Shown here piece by piece: positions 18,738 through 27,200 of a stretch of 30,353 bases of DNA; the first letter of the stretch is position 1, and each line of letters starts with the position of its first letter. The stretch comes from a virus. Taxonomy: Duplodnaviria > Caudoviricetes. The position numbers and the translations under genes are program-made. Below the pieces are notes generated by a model. It made no database searches. It was not told where the DNA came from and worked only from the letters and a program-made list of their open reading frames with translations. The stretch covers positions 1-30,353 of IMG/VR virus record IMGVR_UViG_3300033562_000027; one strand, written 5' to 3'.

Positions 18738-19415
18738 ATGGGAATGACCTTTTTAACAAATCAGCTTATCGGTGGGGCTACTAGTGGAATATCTACCGGA
18801 AATCCATCAGCCGGAACTGGATCAACAGGCGGATTCTTCTCCGCTGGTAATATGTCATCTATTGCCGGAGGTGCTGGTGCTGTAGCAAGCATGATAGGTG
18901 GTATATCATCTGCCTTTGCTGCTTATGCTCAAGCCGATAGCATCAAAAGTAATCTTCAGTTTCAGTCTGATATGGCAAAGATCAACGCTCGTATGGCTGA
19001 AAATACTGCCCAGTCAATCATGGACGCAGGCAAGTCACAGAACGCTGCCAGCACAATGAAGTATGGACAGATGGCCGCAACACAGAAAGCATCCCAGGGT
19101 GCAAGAGGCGTGGCAATGGGCGAAGGATCTGCCGCAGAAGAGATCGCTTCTACCAACATCATAAAAGAGATCGATTCCAACACCATCAATGCCAACACGG
19201 TACGGGCAGCATGGTCTGCCAGAACACAGGGAGTCAATGCCAGCAACCAGGCCGCAATGTCACAGGTAAGCGCAAGCTCCATTAATCCCATGTCGTATGC
19301 CACTAACAGCTTGATGACCTCTGCCACTGAAGTCGCTTCAAGCTGGTATAAATCAAAACGGTCAGGAACTTCCGGCGGAACTCTTGCCGATATTCTTGCA
19401 AGTATAGGGGGCTAA
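18738..19415 (+). CDS. Internal virion (ejection) protein, T7 gp14-like
   Basis: Gly/Ala/Ser-rich with coiled coil and GARGV..GEGSA. Located after the nozzle gene. Confidence 0.7.
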   Translation: MGMTFLTNQLIGGATSGISTGNPSAGTGSTGGFFSAGNMSSIAGGAGAVASMIGGISSAFAAYAQADSIKSNLQFQSDMAKINARMAENTAQSIMDAGKSQNAASTMKYGQMAATQKASQGARGVAMGEGSAAEEIASTNIIKEIDSNTINANTVRAAWSARTQGVNASNQAAMSQVSASSINPMSYATNSLMTSATEVASSWYKSKRSGTSGGTLADILASIGG

Positions 19416-19416
19416 A

Positions 19417-21198
19417 ATGCCGATGTTTGTTCCAGCAGTTGAAGCCAGCGCAGTACCTATGCAGCAGTTTCAAGCACCTGAATCAAAGAACTATGCTGCC
19501 GACTCAGCCGCTCAAGCTGGCAACATACTGATGAAGCAGGGAGAGTTTATAACGAAAGTTGTTGAAAATTATAAAAATGACGTTGCCACTGCCAAGGTCA
19601 AAGATGCTGACAATGCCATGTCGTCAGCGTTCAGTGAGATCCTGCTGCACCCAGAAACCGGATTCATGGGCAAGATGGGCAAGAATGCAGTGGATGCCCA
19701 GAAGGACACGGTAAAGGCAGTTGATGATTATGTGGCACAGGTATCGTCAAACATGGTTGACCCTGTTGAGCAGGCCATGTTCAAGAAGGCAGCAAACACC
19801 AGGGTAGCTGCCATGAAACAGCAGATACTTGGTCACACATTACAGCAGGCCAAAACATGGCGAGTGCAGTCAAGTGGCGATAGGATGATGTCTGCCGGAC
19901 AAGAAATGATAGCATCCGCAGACCCTTCAAGCGAGGCATACCAAAAGGCACTTGAGACATTCAAAAACGAATCGGCAGAGAAGTCATCCCTGCTTGGTTT
20001 AGATCCAGCCTCTGCAAAAATACATCTGCAATCAGAACTGACAAAGGTACATGCTGAATCGGTTCAGCAGTTAATCAGCAGAAATGCGCCAATAACAGCA
20101 AGGTCTTATTTGGAAGATGCCATTAAAAACGGCGAAGTCATGCCCGGTGCCGTGAATGAAATCAAGAAGCATATTGATACTTCAGTTGATCAGTACCTGG
20201 GTAAAAACACAGGTGACGCTGTATTCGACCAAAGAATGGAAGAGATTGGCGGAGACATCAACAAGGCCATACCAGAATCTGAGATGCTGTCTGATATCAA
20301 TTCAAGTAAAGAGCTATCTGACCATGCGAAAGAAATAGCATCCGCCAAGGTCATCGGCAACATCAACAGGCTGAAGGCGCAGAGGTCGCAGGATGCACAA
20401 GAGTCCAGCAACCAACTGCACAAGATAATGAATCACGATGGCAGCATGTCGGAATATTCCCAGGCACTGGGGTATATCAGCAGTCTGACAAACGTAGACG
20501 AAACAACAAAAGGCAATTTAAAAGAACATGCCATGAGGTTCTACGGCATAAGGGAAAAGCAGTCTGAAGCAAGAAGCGATGCCAGGATACAGAAGCACCT
20601 AGATTCCATAGTAAGAGCAAAGGATGAGATAGACAACTATACCAACAACAAGTACGGCAAATTGAGCTTTCAGGATGCAATCATAAAGTTTGCTCCAACT
20701 TTAGGCAGTCAGGCAGAGAATGTTGCCCGTGTGATAGAAAAGATGAACACCAAGATGGAAAACCCGAAACTGGGGTATGCTGATTTTAATCGTAAGTTGT
20801 CGGTCATGGCAGCAAACAAAGAGTTTCAGAAACAACTTGGATTTGATCCAACCAGTAAAGATGCAGATGTAATCCAGGCTAAAAACATATTGTTGGAAGC
20901 AACGCTTGACAACATGGCGGCATTCGGAGCCAAGGGCAAGCAGATCAGTTTGGATCAGGCATTGAGCATGGCATTAAAAGAAGAGACAGTCAAAAGCAAG
21001 ATCATGGGATTTATACCCTCAACGAAGAAATACAAAGCCTATATGATACAAACACTGCCAGAGTCAGAGCAACGCCAGATAGTAGAGAATAACTTGAGAA
21101 TGGCAGTCAAGCCGGTAACGCCTGGCAACATAGAAAAAGGTCTGCAAGAATTACGCAAGAAAAGATCCTCTAACAACATTACCGACAACGAGGAATAA
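19417..21198 (+). CDS. Internal virion (ejection) protein, T7 gp15-like position
   Basis: 593 aa, all-helical composition, LHPETGFMGKMGKNA motif. Located between the gp14-like gene and the giant gene. Confidence 0.65.
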   Translation: MPMFVPAVEASAVPMQQFQAPESKNYAADSAAQAGNILMKQGEFITKVVENYKNDVATAKVKDADNAMSSAFSEILLHPETGFMGKMGKNAVDAQKDTVKAVDDYVAQVSSNMVDPVEQAMFKKAANTRVAAMKQQILGHTLQQAKTWRVQSSGDRMMSAGQEMIASADPSSEAYQKALETFKNESAEKSSLLGLDPASAKIHLQSELTKVHAESVQQLISRNAPITARSYLEDAIKNGEVMPGAVNEIKKHIDTSVDQYLGKNTGDAVFDQRMEEIGGDINKAIPESEMLSDINSSKELSDHAKEIASAKVIGNINRLKAQRSQDAQESSNQLHKIMNHDGSMSEYSQALGYISSLTNVDETTKGNLKEHAMRFYGIREKQSEARSDARIQKHLDSIVRAKDEIDNYTNNKYGKLSFQDAIIKFAPTLGSQAENVARVIEKMNTKMENPKLGYADFNRKLSVMAANKEFQKQLGFDPTSKDADVIQAKNILLEATLDNMAAFGAKGKQISLDQALSMALKEETVKSKIMGFIPSTKKYKAYMIQTLPESEQRQIVENNLRMAVKPVTPGNIEKGLQELRKKRSSNNITDNEE

Positions 21199-21201
21199 TA
21201 T

Positions 21202-24200
21202 ATGAGCTTGTACGATCTGCAAGAATCTCTTGGAATGAACTCAGCCGGTAACGCGGTGGTTAATCTCTCCGATGCCTTTGGTCAGAATCCAGTTGAACAT
21301 GCTGAACGGCGTAAACTGGAAAAGCAGACAGGTACTCCGGCAACGCTGATGGATGACCCTGAAGTAATGGTAGAGGCCAAGAAACAGGCATATGTAAAGG
21401 GATTGGCTCTCAGCCATACTCCGGCCACGTCAAAGTTTGCAGAGAATCCAAACAATGCTCCGCTGATGTATGATGATATGGACAACCTCACCAGCTTTGA
21501 AGACCGTATCAAAAAGCTGCCGAAACGGTCTATGTCAACAATGGGCATTGCAGGGCCGAAGGATATAGGCACTGCACAGGCGGCATCTGACTTCCTGAAA
21601 TCCACCTCTGATTTTATGGATAAAGCTGTTATCCCTACTCCGGCCAGAGCTTATGCTGCATATCAGCAAGGCACGGGCGGTATGTATCAGTGGATAGGTG
21701 AAATGATAGGATGGGATGGGCTTGCACAGCAGGGCAAGTCTATGCACGAAGATGCAAAAGCTGTTGAAGAGTTTATTCAGAAAGACAAGCAAATAGATCC
21801 CGACTCATGGACAGGTGCAACTGCCGTAGCATTGCAGAGCATGTACCTACAAGCTCCATTGATGGCAGCAGGTTCGCTGGCAGCCACAGTAAGGGGCGCA
21901 ACATCTGTCACCCTGGGCGGCATGGGCATGACCACCGCCGGTCAGACATACGCTGACAGAAGAGAAAAAGGTTTCAGCCCTGTTGCATCTGGATGGTCTG
22001 CCGCGTTTGATGGTGCAGTCGAAGTAGGCACAGAGATCATGCCGACATCCAGAGTCTTTGAAATGTTAAAGCCAACTGCCAAGGCATCGATGGGCAAGCT
22101 GATGACATCCGTTGCCAAATTGTACGGCGAGGAAATGGTGGGAGAATCCATCGCCACGTTCATGCAAGATGCCAATAATCGCTTTATGGGTAATCCTGGC
22201 CAGACTGCCGCGCAGAGAGTTGATGCCATCGGAGAGTATGTGCAATCTGGTGAGGCACTGACAAATTGGCTTAACACTATCAAGACAACTTTTATTCAAA
22301 CATCGCTTATGGCCGGTAGCGCATCTGGAATCAACCGAATCAGATCCTTTGGAAAAGATAGTGTGGCCGGCAGAACTCAACAGCAGGCTGAGCATACTGC
22401 CCAACTGGTTGAAGCAATCATAGCCGCAGAAGGTTCACGGCTCTTGACCAACTCGCCGGAGACATTCACCGAGTTTGCCCAGAGGGTTGGCGAAGAGCAT
22501 GGGCATGATAAGATTTACTTCCAGGCCGACAAGCTGATCAATGAGGCAGTCAATCAAGGTATACCTAAAGCACAGATCCCAGAGTGGTTATCCCAGTACG
22601 GAGTTGATCCGGTACAGCTTGCCACTGATTTGAAGACCGGCGGCACTATTGCCATCGATTTCGGCAGTGCAGTTGCCAACTTCAAAAATGATGGAGTCCT
22701 GCAAGCCCTTCAGAGTGAGTTTCTGGTTTCTCCTGATATGCACGGCTTGGCAGACGCAGAAAAAGGCATACAGATAGAATCAGCTCACCTAGAGCGACTT
22801 AACGATATTTATGCCGCAGATCAGGCCAAAAAGGTCGATGCAGCCGATGTTGAGGCATGGAAACAGGAAATACTAGGCAGGCCGGAGCTTGGCAAGTACA
22901 TCAAGGAGGAACATCTGGACAGCATGGCGGCAAGAGCGAATGCCCTTTCCAAGATGACCGGCATGCCTGCCATTGATTTCGTCAACGAGATGCTGCTGCC
23001 ATACAATATCAAGACAATGCGGTTTAAGGATTTTCAGAAACAGCGTCAAGAAAATGCCGGTATGGATGTCGGTGTTCTTAACGCAATCCGCACTGGCAAC
23101 GGTATCCCTACAGAGTCGCAGGCATACGGGCCGAGTTTGATTGACTTCTTGCGCGACAAGGGCGGGATTAAAGACCAAGGCGGAGAATTGGCAGCAATGG
23201 ATGCACATGCTGCCACAAAGCAGGCATTCAAGAAAAACTTTGTAAATGAATCCGGCATGAACCAGGACACGGCGCGGGAGTTGGCTGTTGAAGCTGGTTA
23301 TCTGAACGCTGATGCGACCATTGCAGACTTACTGGATATGATAGGGGCGGAACTGTCTGGCACTCCGAAGTATTCCGCCAACAACAGAAATGATGCCGTT
23401 GCCAACAAGCTGGAAAAGATCAACGAAACTCGCGCCATGTTTGAGCAGTTCGGTGTTGATCCAACTGGTGACATTGACGAGATACTGCAAAAGCTGTCCG
23501 ACATGCATACCGAGCAGGATGATCTGCCGTTTCAGGCTGATGAAAAAACGGGATTGGTTCAGCGTCCAGATGAAACACTGGAGCAGTTTGTTGATCGGCG
23601 CAACAGTACGCTGCGTGACAAGCTGGTTGCTGAGATGACACCGGAAGAAAAAGACCATGCTCTACTACTAAACGAATTGACGCATATTCCAAACCGTCGG
23701 GCATACCATGAAGACGAGGCAAAAAATGGTGGCCCGATGAAAATCCAGGTTTCTGTTGATGCGGATTCGCTGAAGTTTGTAAACGACAACATGGGGCATC
23801 ATGCTGGCGATAACATGCTTATTGCTATTGCCGAGGCATTGCATAAATCATCCCTTGAGTTAAGCAGTCGTGGGTTTGATGTTAGGGTGTATCATGTTTC
23901 AGGTGATGAGTTTATCGTCCAGAGCGACAACGAAAAGGCCGTGGCATTTATATTAAACTCTGTTGACAAGATACTGGCAGGGAGTATAATTAAATCAGAT
24001 CAGGTCGAAGGGTATTTTGTAGAAACAATCCCCCATATTACCTATGGAGTAGACAACAATGGCAACCTCAAAAGAGCAGATAAGCAACTCCAAGAATCAA
24101 AACGAATTGCCACAGATAGAGGAGTTCGTGCAGAGCGTGGTGAGCCGCCTTACACCACAAAGGTCGTGGACAGATCCGATGACGGGAAGAACTACGACTA

Positions 24201-27200
24201 TAACGATATCAAATCCTTATTCAAAAAATTAGAAGAAGAACGCAAAAAAGCCCGAGAAGAAGCTGCAAAAAAAGGCACAGATCCCGCTGACGTTAATCAC
24301 CCTGACAATGTAGCTGCTAGGTTCGCAAAGCTACTACAGGGCAATCCCCTCTTTCAATCCGCTTGGCACGGCACTCCCCACACATTCGATAAGTCACTTG
24401 CATCTGACGGGATAGGGGATTCCCCTCTTGTCAAGGGCTTTACGAATAGAATGGTATCCGATGCTCAGGTGCTCACTGATTTTGTTAATACTCCACCCTT
24501 TATTGAGAAGGGTCTTGACGGCTTCGATATCCCAACGCAAAACGCGCAACTCAGCAGAGTGGCCAGGCTTATCGAGAACGACAAGATTAGAAAGCTCGTT
24601 GTTGAGTCTATTCCGGTCGATATGATGAACATGCTCATTGAGAAGGAGCTTTCTGCCGATATGCTGCTCCATGATGTGACGGTGTTCAGGGACTTGTTTA
24701 CCCTCGACCGTGATAATTTTGTATCCCTTCCCGTTGATATGACCAGTCGCCTTGTGGATATCGTAGCATTTACGGGAACAAAAGAGCTTCTCTCTTCCCT
24801 TTATGTTGGCAAGGGGGCGGGAAAACTCAACACTGCAAAACTCACACTTAAAAGCTGGCATGATAAATTACCTCCTGATTTTTCAAGCATTATATCAGAA
24901 ACAACAGGGATTACAACTAATAGTATTTTCTCTGATGATGATGTGGCAATTACGGCGATGTACCAATCACAGCAGAACAACTACCTGGCCGCACTTACCC
25001 AAGATGCCGATGGCAACAATGTCGTAAACCTGTTCGCCGCCGCAGACAAATCCTCATTCCTCCATGAAGCAGGGCATATCTTCCTTAACCACCTGAAACT
25101 GGTGGCCGAGAAACACAACCTCCAAACAGCAGAATGGCAGGCCGCAAAAGAATGGTTGGGCATTGGCGATGATGGCATTATCACCCGTGAACAGCATGAA
25201 CAGTTTGCCGAGCATTGGGAAGTATACCTGATGGAAGGTAAATCACCGACTCCTGAACTGCGTGGGGCATTCCGTTCGTTTAAGCGGTGGCTGACTGCCA
25301 TATATGAAAACGTCAAGTCAGGTCGGTTCGGGCAACGTGATGGCATAGTCATCACTCCCGAAATAAAAGATCTGTTTGACCGTTTGCTGGCAACTGAGGA
25401 AGAGATCCAAGAGGCCAAAGACGAAGCTGCCCTGATTGCCATGCTTGATGACAAGATGCTGAACGGCACTGGTTTCTCTGCTGAAGAGATTGCTGCGTAT
25501 CAGAAGATAGTCATGCAGGCAGAAGACTCTGCCCGGGAGCGGATGGACAAGCACAAGATGATCGGCAGGGAAGAGCGTCTGGCCGGATGGAAGGAGCAAG
25601 CCGAGCGTGATGCCCGTGGTGTGCCGGTCTATGCTTTCCAAGAGTGGATGTCAGACATCGGCATTGATCCGAAGTCGGCGGCACAATATGGCGAAGTGCC
25701 AAGCAGGACGGTATTCAAGGCAGAAGGCGAAGACATTAACGTGGCAATTGCCGAACATGGCAGTCAGTTCGGGTATGAGAATGCAACTGACTTCATGCAT
25801 GATGTTAGGACGTACCCTATCCGCCAGCAGTGGATGGAAAAGAGAGTGGCACAGCTTGAAGCCGCTTATGATTTGGCACAGGATACTCAAGAGGCAATCC
25901 GCACTACATCACTCCGCCGTCAACTTGAGCTGGAATCCAACTGGCTGGAGCGCAAAATAAAGCAAAAGCGCATGAGTGAAGAACGGGCGCAGCAAAAGGC
26001 CGAGGCTGTTGATGCTGCCAAACAAGCCGCATACGAGCAGAGATGGGCGCAGGCTGAAGAGGACATGCTCTGGAAGATGGATCAGGCCAAGGCAACCACC
26101 CCGAAAGAAGTAATGAAAGAATGGGCCGAGCGCACGGTTGCAAGTCGCACCATGACAAAGATCCGCAGCATCTCAAAGCTGGTGGCAGAATCCGCCAAGC
26201 ATCGCAAGGAATCAATAGCCGCTGCCCGTGCCGGTGATTGGGAAACCGCTCTACAAAAGAACGAGCAAGCCCGCATGACCGAAGCATTAATCACGGCCAG
26301 TTATGCCGCTGCAAATAAGTTCAAGCAGATGCAGTCACGTTTGGCGAAGATCGCCAAGTGGACAAACGACAACAAGAGCGTGAAGGTCGGTGAAAACTTC
26401 CGTGATCAGATTAACCGGCTGATGCAGCAGTATGCCATTGCCAATAAAGAGTTTAATCCGAACATACCCAGTGTGCAGGACTTCGCCGCTAACCTTATTG
26501 ATGGTGAGGATGATATCGGGGCGGTGCTGCCGGAGTGGATAGGCATTGATCCCACTGACCAAAAGAACCTGACATGGCATGAATTGCAAGAACTGCATGA
26601 TGCCCTGAACTATCTGTATAAGCACGGCAGGGATGAAGTGGAAGGCAAGAAACTGGCAAACGGTCAGTATGTGTCTGCCTATGCCAGCGATATCTTGATG
26701 GCCCAGGGCGATATCAAGGGTATGCCCAACCTGAAATCAGATGCTACCAAATTCGGCAAGCTCTGGCAGGGAGTGCAGAAGGGTTACCGCAAGTTCTTTG
26801 CTAATACCGGCATCCTGCGGTTCATCGCCCAGCGGATGGACGGATACAAGAACATCGGCAAGAACGGCCAGATGGGGCCAGCAGAGCAACTGGTGCAGAA
26901 TGTTATCAATGGAATGGCGGCATCAAATGACCTCTGGATTAAAGTGTCTGCCGAGATTGAACCGCAACTTGCAGTGCTGTTTAAGAACCGCAACCAACAA
27001 CATGATGACCTGCCGTGGCCTTCAAAGCTGACCAATGCTGGCAAGTCGTGGACACATGAGCGGGTTGTGGTTGCTGCTCTTAACATGGGCAACGAGTCCA
27101 ACCTCCAACGGTTGATGGACGGTTATGGCTTAACTGAAAACCATATCCGCTTAATTCAATCCAAGCTGACTGCCGAAGAGTGGCGGGCAGTGCAGAGCAT

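Noticed and set aside
19568-19595. Minus-strand TTGGCA-N16-TATAAT inside the 593-aa gene
   Set aside because: No RBS or meaningful ORF downstream (the first ATG gives 4 codons). It may be chance or an antisense RNA, and is unsupported.
24301-24340. Imperfect hairpin between the two convergent nested genes
   Set aside because: The stem is short and bulged with no adjacent U-tract on either strand, so it cannot be called a terminator.
24394-24924. Intein-like ends of the insert in the + frame (K|SLASD ... GITTN|S)
   Set aside because: It starts with Ser and ends Asn-Ser, but there is no penultimate His or block-B TxxH. The interior is simply the reverse complement of an HNH gene, and the Asn plausibly belongs to the host NxxIF strand. 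Probably coincidence; virion MS for a FDK-SIF junction peptide would settle it.
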